From: Myxococcales bacterium
GTDB lineage: Bacteria > Myxococcota_A > Polyangia > Palsa-1104 > SHYY01
Assembly: GCA_021784515.1 (NCBI GenBank)
Contig: JAJXSP010000001.1
Coordinates: 1-37,243 of the forward strand
Reading direction: 5' to 3'
DNA: 37,243 nt
Part shown: piece after piece, positions 11,296 to 21,883 of the stretch
Position numbering within the stretch: the first letter of the stretch is position 1
Layout of the letters: every line of letters begins with the position of its first letter
Translations under genes and position numbers: made by a program
Notes under the pieces: generated by a model
The model's database searches: none
What the model saw: the letters and a program-made list of their open reading frames with translations, nothing else
Told to the model about the DNA's origin: nothing

Positions 11296-11826
11296 TCAGT
11301 AGGTGAGCAGCGCCTCGACGGGGTGATCGCCGAGGCGGGCGCGGCCGCCGAGGAAGCCGAGCTCGATCACGAAGGCGAAGCCGGCGACGGTGCCCTGCTG
11401 GCGCGCGATCAGCCGGGCGGTGGCCGCCGCGGTGCCGCCCGTGGCCAGCAGATCGTCGATGATCACGCAGCGCTCGCCCGCCACCGCGTCCTCGTGCATC
11501 TCGAGCGCGTCGGTGCCGTACTCGAGGCTGTAGGTCTCGCGCACCGCGCGCCAAGGCAGCTTGCCGGGCTTGCGCACCGGCGCCATCCCCACGCCGAGCC
11601 GCTCGGCGAGCGCGGCGCCGAAGATGAACCCGCGCGACTCGATGCCCACGAGGCGGGTCGGCTTGAGCGGCGCCACGCGCTCGGCGAGCAGGTCGGTGGT
11701 GGCGCGGAAGGAGGCGCCGTCGCCGATGAGCGGCGTGATGTCCCGAAACAGGATGCCGGGTTTCGGGAAGTCGGGCACGTCGCGGACGCGGGCCTGGAGG
11801 CGGGCGAGCTTCTCGGCGTGGCTCAT
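11296..11826 (-). CDS. apt: adenine phosphoribosyltransferase
   Basis: Apt-like along the whole length: DFPKPGILFRDITPL, IESRGFIFGAALA, and the PRPP motif VIIDDLLATGGTA. Confidence 0.92.
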   Translation of the reverse strand: MSHAEKLARLQARVRDVPDFPKPGILFRDITPLIGDGASFRATTDLLAERVAPLKPTRLVGIESRGFIFGAALAERLGVGMAPVRKPGKLPWRAVRETYSLEYGTDALEMHEDAVAGERCVIIDDLLATGGTAAATARLIARQQGTVAGFAFVIELGFLGGRARLGDHPVEALLTY

Positions 11827-12278
11827 GGTTTCCTCATTTTGTCAAGGGGTGGCAGGTAGCGCTCGGGATCCTTCGGGACGTCCCCGTCGCGCACCTCGAA
11901 GTGGAGGTGCGGCGCGGTGGCGCGGCCGGTGTGGCCGGAGAGCGAGATCACGTCGCCCCGGGCGACGTCGCGCCCCTCGGCGGCGAGCAGCGCCGAGTTG
12001 TGCGCGTAGACGGTGACCAGCCCGTCGCGGTGGCGCAGCATGACGAGCTTGCCGTAGCCGCGCAGCCTCGCGCCGGCGTAGATCACCCGCCCGGCGGCGG
12101 CGGCGCGAACGGCGGTGCCGTCGGCGACGCGGAGGTCGATCCCCTCGTGGGGCCGGCCGTCGCGCACGCCGAAGCGCGAGGAGATCGGCGCGCACACCGG
12201 CCAGTCGAGGGCCGCGTGCCGGCACCCCGTGGCAATCAGGGCCAGCATCAGGCTCGCGCCGGCCCCTCGCCGCCCCAT
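11823..12278 (-). CDS. M23 family peptidase lipoprotein (NlpD-like)
   Basis: Signal plus lipobox MGRRGAGASLMLALIATGC. M23 motifs HEGIDL and HTGRATAPHLHFEV. Position after surE-pcm matches E. coli surE-pcm-nlpD. An alternative start at 12248 gives a TGATG overlap with pcm. Confidence 0.8.
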   Translation of the reverse strand: MGRRGAGASLMLALIATGCRHAALDWPVCAPISSRFGVRDGRPHEGIDLRVADGTAVRAAAAGRVIYAGARLRGYGKLVMLRHRDGLVTVYAHNSALLAAEGRDVARGDVISLSGHTGRATAPHLHFEVRDGDVPKDPERYLPPLDKMRKP

Positions 12279-12916
12279 CCGAACCTCCCCAGGAGATCGA
12301 CGAACGCGCAGCCGGTGTCCCAGTGCGTGTGGTAGTCCTCGCCCGCGCGCGTCACCACCGAGAGGCGCTGCAGGCCGCGCGGCCCGACGGGGATCACCAG
12401 CCGCCCGCCGTCGGCGAGCTGGTCGAGCAGCAGCGGCGGCAACGACGGCGCGCCCGCGGCGACGAGGATCGCGTCGTAGGGCGCGTACTCCCGCCAGCCG
12501 AAGCTGCCGTCGGCGACGGCGATCCTGACGTTCCGGCAGTCGAGCGCGCGCAGGCGCTCCACTGCCGCCTCGGCCAGCTGCGGGATGCGTTCGACGGCGA
12601 ACACCTCCCGCCCGAGCTCCGCGGCGACCGCGGCGGCGTAGCCCGAGCCGGCCCCGACGTCGAGCACGCGGTCGGTCGGTCGCAGGGCCCCGAGCTCGAG
12701 CATCCGCGCCACCATCCACGGCTGCGAGATCGTCTGGCCGTACCCGATCGGCAGCGGCGCGTCGTCGTAGGCGCGCTCGCGCTGGGCCGGATCGACGAAG
12801 CGCTCGCGCGGGACGCGAGCCATCGCGGAGAGGACCCGCTCGTCGCGGATGCCGCGGGCGCGCAGCTGGTCCTCGACCATGCGCTCGCGGGCCGAGCGTG
12901 ACTCGACCTCCGTCAT
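12248..12916 (-). CDS. pcm: protein-L-isoaspartate O-methyltransferase
   Basis: Motifs GYGQTISQPWMVARMLE and the SAM motif VLDVGAGSGY. Start at MTEVES gives an ATGA overlap with the surE stop (12913-12916). Confidence 0.9.
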   Translation of the reverse strand: MTEVESRSARERMVEDQLRARGIRDERVLSAMARVPRERFVDPAQRERAYDDAPLPIGYGQTISQPWMVARMLELGALRPTDRVLDVGAGSGYAAAVAAELGREVFAVERIPQLAEAAVERLRALDCRNVRIAVADGSFGWREYAPYDAILVAAGAPSLPPLLLDQLADGGRLVIPVGPRGLQRLSVVTRAGEDYHTHWDTGCAFVDLLGRFGWGGEGPARA

Positions 12917-13713
12917 GCGCGCTTGGCCTCCTCCTCGACGAGCGCCTCGAAGCCATCGAGGCGCCACCCCGGCAGCCGGGCCAGCAGCCCGGAGTGCGTG
13001 AGGTCGAGGTCGAGCGGCGTCACCGACACCGCCTCGTCGCGCATCGCCACGCCGTCGGAGCCCTCGACGTCGCCGAATCCGATCGTCGGGCCGCCGATCC
13101 AGTAGTAGCGGCGCCCGCGCAGGTCGGCGCGCTCCTCGACCTGATCGCGGTACAGCCGCCTGCCGAGGCGCGTCCAGCGGTAGCCGCGCGGCGCGCCGCG
13201 GGGGACATTCACGTTGAGCAGCGTCTCCTCGGGCAGCCCCTTCGCGAGGATGGCGCGCGCGAGGGCGTGGGCGAAGCGCGCCGCCTCGGTGAAGTCGGCG
13301 CCCGAGCGGTAGTCGAGCGACACCGCCATCGCCGGCCAGCCGCGGATCGCCGCCTCGACGGCGCAGGCGACGGTGCCCGAGTAGAAGACGTCGGCGCCGA
13401 GGTTGAGTCCGTGGTTGATCCCCGACACCACCAGCGCGGGCGGCCGCGGCGCGAGCTTGAGCAGCCCGACGTACACGCAGTCCACCGGCGTGCCGTCGAC
13501 GGAGAACCAGCCCGGCCGTACCTCCTCGACGCGCAGCGGGCGGTCCATCGTGAAGGCGTGGCTGGTGGCCGAGCGCTCGCGGTCCGGCGCGACGACGATC
13601 GTCTCGCCGAGCGATGACATCGCCTCGGCGAGCGCGTGGAGGCCGCGCGCCTGCACGCCGTCGTCGTTGGCGAGGAGGATCAGCGGCCGCTCGTCATTTG
13701 CCAATGTGGTCAC
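12913..13713 (-). CDS. surE: 5'/3'-nucleotidase SurE
   Basis: N-terminal ILLANDDG, plus SGINHGLNLG and YSGTVACAVEA. Confidence 0.92.
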   Translation of the reverse strand: MTTLANDERPLILLANDDGVQARGLHALAEAMSSLGETIVVAPDRERSATSHAFTMDRPLRVEEVRPGWFSVDGTPVDCVYVGLLKLAPRPPALVVSGINHGLNLGADVFYSGTVACAVEAAIRGWPAMAVSLDYRSGADFTEAARFAHALARAILAKGLPEETLLNVNVPRGAPRGYRWTRLGRRLYRDQVEERADLRGRRYYWIGGPTIGFGDVEGSDGVAMRDEAVSVTPLDLDLTHSGLLARLPGWRLDGFEALVEEEAKRA

Positions 13714-13764
13714 CGTGCGAAGCTAACCGCGCCGCGTCGCCGGAGCAAAGTTTCGGCGGCCCTC

Positions 13765-13804
13765 GAAAAAGAAAAGCGGCGTCGCGTTGCTCTGCGACGC
13801 CGCT
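13765..13804 (-). terminator. intrinsic terminator downstream of tRNA-Pro
   Basis: On the minus strand: AGCGGCGTCGC - AGAGCAAC - GCGACGCCGCT (11-bp perfect stem) followed by TTTCTTTTTC. Confidence 0.7.
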
Positions 13805-13808
13805 GCGG

Positions 13809-13883
13809 TCGGGGCGAGTGGATTCGAACCACCGACCCCCAGTCCCCCAGACTGGTGCGCTAACCAGGCTGCGCCACGCCCCG
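13809..13883 (-). tRNA. tRNA-Pro (anticodon GGG)
   Basis: Reverse complement: CGGGGCG TG GCGC AGCCTGGTTA GCGC A CCAGT CTGGGGG ACTGG GGGTC GGTGG TTCGAAT CCACT CGCCCCG A. Cloverleaf is consistent. Confidence 0.9.
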
Positions 13884-13909
13884 ATGTTGATTTCCGAAGT
13901 GCGCGTACT

Positions 13910-14281
13910 CTACTCGCTCGCCTCGTCCTCGTCAACGATTCGTAGCAGATCTTGCAGGGCCTCCTCCATCCGGTCGGCGAGCCGCCGCGTGCTCCCCGGC
14001 AGCTCCTCGCCCTTTTCCACGCGCAGGCGCCGCTTCGCCCCGGGGATCTGCAGCCGCTCGTCGTAGCGCAGCGCCTTGATCCGAAGGAACGCCTCCACGT
14101 CGCGGCGGCGGTAGACGCGCTGGTTGGTGCGCGAGCGCTCGGGGCGGATCTCGCGGCCGAACTGCCCCTCCCAGTAGCGCAGCACGTACGGCTCCACCCC
14201 GACGAGCTTCGCCACCTCGCCGATCTTGAAGAACTGCTTGTCGGGGATCTCGTCCGCCAACGTCGTCTCCGGGGGGGGCAC
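13910..14281 (-). CDS. MerR family transcriptional regulator
   Basis: MerR-type HTH FFKIGEVAKLVGVEPYVLRYWEGQF...R..TNQRVYRRRDV. Located downstream of ihfA. Confidence 0.8.
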   Translation of the reverse strand: MPPPETTLADEIPDKQFFKIGEVAKLVGVEPYVLRYWEGQFGREIRPERSRTNQRVYRRRDVEAFLRIKALRYDERLQIPGAKRRLRVEKGEELPGSTRRLADRMEEALQDLLRIVDEDEASE

Positions 14282-14299
14282 CGCCCCGTCGGATCCCGC

Positions 14300-14578
14300 T
14301 CAGCCGTTGAGGACGTTCTTGAGGACCTGGCTCGGCTTGAAGGTGAGCACGCGGCGGGCGCTGATGGTGATCTCCTGCCCCGTCTGCGGGTTGCGTCCGA
14401 CCCGCGAGTTCTTGTCGCGCACGACGAAGTTGCCGAAGCCGGAGATCTTGATCTTCTCGCCGCGCTCGAGCGTCTCCTTGATCGTGTCGAACACCACCTC
14501 GACGATGTCGGCCGCCTCCTTCTTCGAGAAGCCGCCCACGCGCTCGTAGACGTTCTCGACGATGTCCGCCTTCGTCAT
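14300..14578 (-). CDS. ihfA: integration host factor subunit alpha
   Basis: MTKADIVENV...GFGNFVVRDKNSRVGRNPQTGQEITISARRVLTFKPS matches the IHF-alpha arm. Position after pheT is as in E. coli. Confidence 0.85.
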   Translation of the reverse strand: MTKADIVENVYERVGGFSKKEAADIVEVVFDTIKETLERGEKIKISGFGNFVVRDKNSRVGRNPQTGQEITISARRVLTFKPSQVLKNVLNG

Positions 14579-14688
14579 GGTGTGGTGGTCGGACTCGGTA
14601 GGCTCGGCGGGCAGCCGGGGGCTTGGCTTGGGGCTCTTTTCGCTCACGACTCCCTCGCTTGGGCGGGACTTTTGCGGTGCAAGTATAG

Positions 14689-17133
14689 CTACCTTTGCTC
14701 GATCTGGAAGCAGGTCCGGAGCGCCTCGATCACCGTCGAGTGGGCGGCGTTCACCTCGTCGTCGGTCAGGGTACGCTCGCGGGAGCGGAAGCCGAGCGCG
14801 AAGAGCATTCCCTTGCGCCCCGCCGGCACCTTGCCCGGCTCGCGGTAGTCCTCCAGCACCCGCACGCTCTCGATGAGCGGCGAGGCGGCGGCCATCGCGG
14901 CGCCGAGGTCGGCGGCCGGCACGGCGGCGTCGACGAAGAACGAGAGATCGCGCGCCGAGCCTGGGAAGCGGGGCAGCTCGACGAGCGCGGGCGGCTCGGC
15001 GGCCTCGATGGCGGCGAGGGAAAGCTCGAAGGCGAACGCGCGCCCCTCGACGCCGAACCGGTCGCGCAGCTCGGGGTGCACCTCGCCGACCACGCCGGCT
15101 TCCGCGCCGCCGACGGAGACGACCGCGGCGAGCCCGGGATGGAGCCAAGGCGCCTCGCCCGCGCGCGGCGCGCGGAACGACGTCGCAGCGACGCGCCGGC
15201 GCGCGAGCAGCCCCTCGACCACGCCCTTGGCGTCGAAGTAGTCCAGCTCCTCGCCGGGCTTGAGCCAGCCGTCGCGGCGCCCGGCGATCACTCCCGCGGC
15301 GACCAGGCGCTCGCACGGCAGCATGTTCTCCGATGGGAGGAACACGGTGCCCAGCTCGAACAGCCGCACGTCCCACACGCCGCGCGACTGATTGCGCGCG
15401 AGCGCCGCGAGCAGCCCCGGCACGAGCGAGGTGCGCATCACCGACTGCTCCTCGCGCAGCGGGTTCTCGAGGCGCAGCGGCGCGGCGCGGCCGTCGGAGT
15501 AGCCGAGGGCGGCGATGCGCTCGGGGGCGACGAAGGCGAACGAGACCGTCTCGGCCAGCCCGAGCGCGGCCAGCGCGTCGCGCACCGACTCGGCGGCGAG
15601 CCCGGCGCGATCGGGCGGAACGGGGGCCATCGTCGAGCGCGGCAGCGTCGCGGGCACCTCGTCGTACCCGTGGACGCGGGCGATCTCCTCGACGAGGTCG
15701 ATCTCGCGCGTCAGGTCGGGCCGGAAGGTCGGCACGCTGCACCGCAGCAAAGCGCCCTCCTCGCGCACCTCGATCCCGAGGGCGCGGAGGATCCGCGCCT
15801 GCTCCGCCGCCGGGAGCGCCATGCCGGTGACGCGCTCGGTCCGCGCCGGACGCAGCGCCAGCTCGCGCGGCGCGATCGGCCGCGGATAGCAGTCCACCAG
15901 CGAGGGCAGCGCCACCTTCGCGCCGGTCCACTGGGCGATCCAGCGCGCGCACGCGTCGGAGGCGAGCGTCACGCCCGCGTTTGGATCGACGCCGCGCTCG
16001 AAGCGCTGCGAGGCCTCGCTGTGCAGCCCGACGCGGCGGGCGGTGCGCCGGATGCGCGCCGGATCGAAGGCCGCGCTCTCGAGGAGGATGCGGGTCGTGG
16101 TCGCGGTCACCTCGGTGTCGAGGCCGCCCATCACGCCGGCGAGCGCGACCGGGCGCTCGGCGTCGCAGATCACCACGTCGTCGACAGCGAGCGCGCGGTC
16201 CTGTCCGTCGAGGGTGACGATGCGCTCGCCCGCGCGCGGGCGGCGCACGACGATCGCCGGCCCGCGCAGCTTGTCGAGATCGAACGCGTGCAGCGGCTGG
16301 CCGGTGAGCATCAGCGCGAGGTTGGTGGCATCGACCACGTCGTTGATCGCGCGCACGCCGAGGCGTCCGAGCAAGAGCCGCACCTTGAGCGGGCTCTGCC
16401 CGACGGTGACGCCGGCAAGGACGTTCGCGGTGTAGCGCGGGCAGCCCTCGCGATCCTCGATCGCCACCGCGGGCGGCGCGATCGCCTCGCCGCGGACCGG
16501 ATCGAGCGCGCGCGGGACGGGAAGCAGGCGCGCGCCGGGGCAGAGCGCCGCCACCTCGCGCGCCACGCCGAGGTGGCCCATGCAGTCGGGGCGGTTCGGC
16601 GTGACGTTCAGCTCGAGGATCCGATCGGGCAGGCCGAGCAGCGCGCCCACGTCGGCGCCGGGTGTCGCGTCGGCGTCGAGGATCAGGATCCCCTCGTGCG
16701 ACTCGCCGAGCCCGAGCTCGTCCTCGGCGCACAGCATCCCGGGAGAGAGGACGCCGCGCACCTCCTTCGCCGCCATCGTGATCCCGCTCAACAGCGTCGC
16801 GCCCGGGCGCGCCCAGGCGACTTTGTTGCTCGCTGCGCTCTGCGCCCCGCGCTGCGCGCCGGGACCCAGGCCGCCGGGCGCGGGCACGTTCGGCGCGCCG
16901 CACACCACCTGCGTCACCTCGCGCCCGTCCCACACGTCCACGAGGGTGAGCTTGTCGGCCTTCGGGTGCTTCCGGCGATCGCGCACCTCGGCGACGATCA
17001 CGCCAGAGAGCCCGGCGCCCACCTGCTCCTCGCCCTCCACCTCGAGCCCTGCGGCGGTCAGGCGCGCGGCGATCTCCCCGTCGGTGGCGTCGGTGGCCAG
17101 AAGCTCGCGCAGCCAGCTTGTCGAGATCTTCAT
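14689..17133 (-). CDS. pheT: phenylalanine--tRNA ligase beta subunit
   Basis: 814 aa. N-terminal MKISTSWLRELL, tRNA-binding (EMAP-like) domain, B3/4 and B5 regions, and a C-terminal FDX-ACB-like domain. Immediately follows pheS. Confidence 0.95.
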   Translation of the reverse strand: MKISTSWLRELLATDATDGEIAARLTAAGLEVEGEEQVGAGLSGVIVAEVRDRRKHPKADKLTLVDVWDGREVTQVVCGAPNVPAPGGLGPGAQRGAQSAASNKVAWARPGATLLSGITMAAKEVRGVLSPGMLCAEDELGLGESHEGILILDADATPGADVGALLGLPDRILELNVTPNRPDCMGHLGVAREVAALCPGARLLPVPRALDPVRGEAIAPPAVAIEDREGCPRYTANVLAGVTVGQSPLKVRLLLGRLGVRAINDVVDATNLALMLTGQPLHAFDLDKLRGPAIVVRRPRAGERIVTLDGQDRALAVDDVVICDAERPVALAGVMGGLDTEVTATTTRILLESAAFDPARIRRTARRVGLHSEASQRFERGVDPNAGVTLASDACARWIAQWTGAKVALPSLVDCYPRPIAPRELALRPARTERVTGMALPAAEQARILRALGIEVREEGALLRCSVPTFRPDLTREIDLVEEIARVHGYDEVPATLPRSTMAPVPPDRAGLAAESVRDALAALGLAETVSFAFVAPERIAALGYSDGRAAPLRLENPLREEQSVMRTSLVPGLLAALARNQSRGVWDVRLFELGTVFLPSENMLPCERLVAAGVIAGRRDGWLKPGEELDYFDAKGVVEGLLARRRVAATSFRAPRAGEAPWLHPGLAAVVSVGGAEAGVVGEVHPELRDRFGVEGRAFAFELSLAAIEAAEPPALVELPRFPGSARDLSFFVDAAVPAADLGAAMAAASPLIESVRVLEDYREPGKVPAGRKGMLFALGFRSRERTLTDDEVNAAHSTVIEALRTCFQIEQR

Positions 17134-17142
17134 ACCGGGCCT

Positions 17143-18222
<1,080 letters not shown>

Positions 18223-18278
18223 GCCCTCTCCCGTTTCGGCGCCCGCCCAGCGGTGCCGAGGGCCAGGGCGCGGGAGGT

Positions 18279-18629
18279 CTACGCCGCGGTCGCGACGGAG
18301 ACGATCTTCTGGAATGCGGCGGGGTCGCTGATCGCCAGGTCCGCGAGGACCTTCCGGTCGAGCGCGACGTGGTGCTTCTTCAGCCCGCCCATGAGCTTCG
18401 AGTAGGAGACGCCCGCCGGACGCGCGGCGGCGTTGATGCGCACGATCCAGAGGCGGCGGAAGTCGCGCTTGCGGCGACGACGGTCCCGGGTGGCGTAGCG
18501 CCACGCGTGGTGGACCGCGTCCACCATCGCCTTCCAGAGCTTGCTGCGCCCTCCGCGGAAGCCCTTCGCGGCCTGACGGATCCGGTTGCGGCGCCGGTGC
18601 GCCTTGAATCCACGCTTTGCCCTCGGCAT
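18279..18629 (-). CDS. rplT: 50S ribosomal protein L20
   Basis: [26 protein letters not shown]..., a typical L20. Confidence 0.95.
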   Translation of the reverse strand: MPRAKRGFKAHRRRNRIRQAAKGFRGGRSKLWKAMVDAVHHAWRYATRDRRRRKRDFRRLWIVRINAAARPAGVSYSKLMGGLKKHHVALDRKVLADLAISDPAAFQKIVSVATAA

Positions 18630-18746
18630 CTCGATCTCCTTGTCGTCCCGGCCCCGGGACCGCCGCGCAGCGGTTTTGCCCTTTGCCTGGGAGGCGACGC
18701 TCTTACACGAACTTCAGGAAAGAAGCAACTTGCTTGGAAGCCGGAC

Positions 18747-18956
18747 CTAGAGCCCGCCGCCGTACGGCAGCTGCTGGCTCTTGATCTGCTTCTCCTGCGC
18801 CTTCGACACCAGCACGTTGCCGCGCAGCTGGCGCTTGCGCTTGTGGGCCTCGTGGGAGAGCAGGTGGCGCTTGTTGGCCTGCTGGTGCTTGACCTTGCCA
18901 GTGGCGGTGATCTTGAACCGCTTCTTGGCCCCGGAGTGCGACTTCATCTTCGGCAT
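18747..18956 (-). CDS. rpmI: 50S ribosomal protein L35
   Basis: MPKMKSHSGAKKRFKITATGKVK..., a typical L35. Confidence 0.95.
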   Translation of the reverse strand: MPKMKSHSGAKKRFKITATGKVKHQQANKRHLLSHEAHKRKRQLRGNVLVSKAQEKQIKSQQLPYGGGL

Positions 18957-18963
18957 GACGCTC

Positions 18964-19995
18964 TCACTTCTTGGTTGGAGTGGTTGGACGGGCCGGCTGC
19001 CCCGGACGGATGATCTCCGCCGAGTCGAGCGGCTTCCGGGCGACCGGCGCCGCGCCCTGCGGCGTGGCCGGTCGAACGATTTCGGCGGTCACCGACGGCC
19101 GCTTGATCTCGGCGGTCACCGACGGCCGCTTGATCTCCGCGGTCACCGACGGCCGCTTGATCTCGGCGGTCACCGACGGCCGCTTGATCTCGGCGGTCAC
19201 CGACGGCCGCTTGATCTCGTCGGTTACCGACGGCCGCTTGATCTCGGCGGTCACCGACGGGCGCTTGATCTCCGCGGTCACCGACGGGCGCTTGATCTCC
19301 GCGGTCACCGACGGAGTCGTCGGCTGCGGCGCGCTCGGGGCCTCCCCAACGGGCGCGCCAGGAGTGGCGGGCGCGCCAGGCGTGGCGGGCGCGCCAGGCG
19401 TGGCGAGCGCGCCAGGCGTGGCGGGCGCACCAGGAGTGGCGGGGCGGATCACGCCGGCGCGGGGCGCGATCACCATCAGCATGCGGCGCCCTTCCATCAT
19501 CGGGTTCTGCTCGACGACGGCGATGTCGTTGCAGGCCTCGATGACGGCCCTGAGCATCGCCTGCCCCGTCTCGGGGTGGACGATCTCACGGCCGCGGAAG
19601 ATGATGACCAGCTTGGCCTTGTTCCCCTCGCTCAGGAAGCGACGGATGTGCTTCACCTTGAAGTCGAAGTCGTGGTCATCCGTCTTCGGGCGGAACTTGA
19701 TCTCCTTCAGCACCACCGTCGACTGGTGCGTACGCGCCTTCTTCTGCTGCTTGGACTGCTCGTACTTGAACTTCCCGTAGTCCATGATGCGGCAGACGGG
19801 CGGCATCGCCTTGGGCGAGACCTCGACGAGATCGAAGCCTCCCTCCTCGGCCATGCGAAGCGCCTCTTCGGTGCGCATGATACCGAGCTGAACGCCGTCG
19901 GCGCCGATCACACGCACCTCCGGCACGCGGATGCGACGGTTGACGCGGTAGCTGTCCTGACTCGGGGATCTGTCAATCGGCCGTGGGATGGTCAT
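18964..19995 (-). CDS. infC: translation initiation factor IF-3 with a long repetitive C-terminal extension (Dsg-like)
   Basis: The first ~180 aa are IF3 (RVNRRIRVPEVRVIG, PPVCRIMDYGKFKYE, KEIKFRPKTDDHDF, GRRMLMVIAPR). They are followed by ~163 aa of ATPGAP x5, SVTAEIKRP x9 and a basic end. The start may instead be the in-frame ATC at 19987-19989 (see findings). Confidence 0.9.
   Translation of the reverse strand: MTIPRPIDRSPSQDSYRVNRRIRVPEVRVIGADGVQLGIMRTEEALRMAEEGGFDLVEVSPKAMPPVCRIMDYGKFKYEQSKQQKKARTHQSTVVLKEIKFRPKTDDHDFDFKVKHIRRFLSEGNKAKLVIIFRGREIVHPETGQAMLRAVIEACNDIAVVEQNPMMEGRRMLMVIAPRAGVIRPATPGAPATPGALATPGAPATPGAPATPGAPVGEAPSAPQPTTPSVTAEIKRPSVTAEIKRPSVTAEIKRPSVTDEIKRPSVTAEIKRPSVTAEIKRPSVTAEIKRPSVTAEIKRPSVTAEIVRPATPQGAAPVARKPLDSAEIIRPGQPARPTTPTKK
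19066..19316. repeat. 27-bp tandem repeat, 8 full units plus degenerate flanks, inside infC
   Basis: Unit CGGCGGTCACCGACGGCCGCTTGATCT. Exact register at 19083, 19110, 19137, 19164, 19191, 19218, 19245 and 19272, with 0-3 substitutions per unit. Confidence 0.95.
19351..19440. repeat. 18-bp tandem repeat x5 inside infC
   Basis: Unit GGGCGCGCCAGGCGTGGC at 19351, 19369, 19387, 19405 and 19423. Encodes ATPGAP/ATPGAL. Confidence 0.9.
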
Positions 19996-20077
19996 TCCTC
20001 CTGGTGTTGAGTGGACGGTCCATGCTGGCGCGTGAAGCGCGGAGCATGCGCACAACCGATGGTGAGATTCAACCCCC

Positions 20078-21844
20078 TCAACCGACGGTCGCGGCCGAGC
20101 GGTCGGCCACCGGCGCGAGCAGCGGCGACACCGCCTCGGCGACGATCCGCTCGGCGAACGCCTCGAGCGGCATCGGGTCGAGCTGCTTGCCGTCGCGCGT
20201 GCGCGGCGCGACGGTGCGGGCCGCCACCTCCTTGTCGCCGAGCACGAGCATGTAGGGGATCTTCTCGAGCTGCGCGCGGCGGATCTTCGCGCCGAGCTTG
20301 TCGTTCGAGAGGTCGGCGTCCACGCGCACGCCGCGCGCGGCGAGCGCCGACACGACATCGTGGGCGAACGCCTCGTGCTTCTCCGACACGACGACGACGC
20401 GCGCCTGCACCGGGGCGAGCCACACGGGGAACGCGCCGCCGTAGTGCTCGATCAGCATCGCGATGAAGCGCTCGAAGCTGCCGTACATCGCACGGTGGAT
20501 CACGACCGGGCGGTGGGTGGCGTTGTCCTCGCCGACGTACTCGAGCTGGAAGCGCTCGGGCGCCACGTAGTCGAGCTGGATCGTCGCGCACTGCCACTTG
20601 CGACCGAGCGCGTCGTTGATGTCGAAGTCGATCTTCGGCCCGTAGAAGGCGCCCTCGCCCGGCTCGACGCGGTAGGTGAGCCCCTTCGCCTTGACGACCT
20701 CTTCGATCGTCTTCTCGGCCTCGTCCCACACCGCGACGTCGCCGGCGAACTTCTCCGGGTTGCGGGTCGAGATCTTCGCCTCGTAGGTGAGGCCGAAGGC
20801 GGCGTAGACGCGCGCCACCATGTCGATGAGACGCCCGATCTCGCCCGGCACCTGTGACGGCATGAGGTAGATGTGGGCGTCGTCCTGCGAGAACTGGCGC
20901 ACGCGGGTGAGGCCGCCGAGCGTGCCCGACGCCTCGTTGCGGTGCAGCACGCCCTGGTCGTGGAACCGCAGCGGCAGGTCGCGGTACGAGCGCAGGTCGC
21001 TCGCGAACAGCAGCATGTGCGACGGGCAGTTCATCGGCTTGAGCCCGAAGGTCTGGTCCTCGGACTCGAAGTGGAACATGGCGTCTTTGTAGTGCGCGGC
21101 GTGCCCGCTCTTCTCCCACAGGGCGAGGTTGAAGATGAGCGGCGTCTTCACCTCGAGGTAGCCTTCGCGCAGGAGGAAGCGGCGCATGGCGTCGGAGAGC
21201 GTCTGGTAGAGCACCGTGCCCTTGGGCAGCCAGAACGCGGCGCCCGGCGCCCACGGGTGGAAGGTGAAGAGGCCGAGCTCCTTGCCCACCTTGCGGTGGT
21301 CGCGCTTCTTCGCCTCCTCGACCTGCGCGAGGTACGAGCGGAGCTGCTTTGCGTCGGGGAACGCGGTGCCGTAGATACGCTGCAGCATCTTGTTCCGCGC
21401 GTCGCCGCGCCAGTAGGCGCCCGCGACCGACAGCAGCTTGAAGGCCTTGATCTCGCCGGTGGACTTCACGTGGCCGCCGCGGCACAGGTCGGTGAACTGC
21501 CCGTGCGAGTGGAACGTGATCCGCTCGCCCTCGGGCAGGCCGCGCACCAGCTCGACCTTGTACGGCTCGTGGCGCGCCTCCCAGTAGGCGATCGCCTCCT
21601 CGCGCGACATCTCCTTCTCGACGAAGGGGTGGTTCGCGGCGACGATCTCGCCCATCACCTTCTCGATCTTCTCGAGGTCCTCGTCGGTGAAGGCGTGGGG
21701 CGAGTCGAAGTCGTAGTAGAACCCGTTCTCGATCGGCGGGCCGATGGTGATCTGCGCCTCGGGCCACAGGCGCTGGACCGCGTCGGCCATGACGTGCGCG
21801 GCCGAGTGGCGGAGCTTGTCGAGGTTGGTCGGGGGGGCTGCCAC
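20078..21844 (-). CDS. thrS: threonine--tRNA ligase lacking the N-terminal TGS domain
   Basis: Editing-domain HxxxH ([12 protein letters not shown]) lies ~10 aa from the start. Class II catalytic core (FRDLPLR-type [52 protein letters not shown]) and an anticodon-binding domain follow. I prefer the GTG at 21844 (GAGGA 10 nt upstream), because the track start at 21898 would read through a T-tract terminator. Confidence 0.88.
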   Translation of the reverse strand: MAAPPTNLDKLRHSAAHVMADAVQRLWPEAQITIGPPIENGFYYDFDSPHAFTDEDLEKIEKVMGEIVAANHPFVEKEMSREEAIAYWEARHEPYKVELVRGLPEGERITFHSHGQFTDLCRGGHVKSTGEIKAFKLLSVAGAYWRGDARNKMLQRIYGTAFPDAKQLRSYLAQVEEAKKRDHRKVGKELGLFTFHPWAPGAAFWLPKGTVLYQTLSDAMRRFLLREGYLEVKTPLIFNLALWEKSGHAAHYKDAMFHFESEDQTFGLKPMNCPSHMLLFASDLRSYRDLPLRFHDQGVLHRNEASGTLGGLTRVRQFSQDDAHIYLMPSQVPGEIGRLIDMVARVYAAFGLTYEAKISTRNPEKFAGDVAVWDEAEKTIEEVVKAKGLTYRVEPGEGAFYGPKIDFDINDALGRKWQCATIQLDYVAPERFQLEYVGEDNATHRPVVIHRAMYGSFERFIAMLIEHYGGAFPVWLAPVQARVVVVSEKHEAFAHDVVSALAARGVRVDADLSNDKLGAKIRRAQLEKIPYMLVLGDKEVAARTVAPRTRDGKQLDPMPLEAFAERIVAEAVSPLLAPVADRSAATVG

Positions 21845-21883
21845 GAGCGGAGGGTCCTCTACGCCAGATACGAAAATAGAAAC

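Noticed and set aside
19066-19440. CRISPR array suggested by regularly spaced repeats (also considered for 36799-37033)
   Set aside because: The units are directly abutting tandem repeats of 27, 18 or 21 bp with no unique spacers. No cas genes are present, and the first two repeat sets are in-frame coding sequence of infC.
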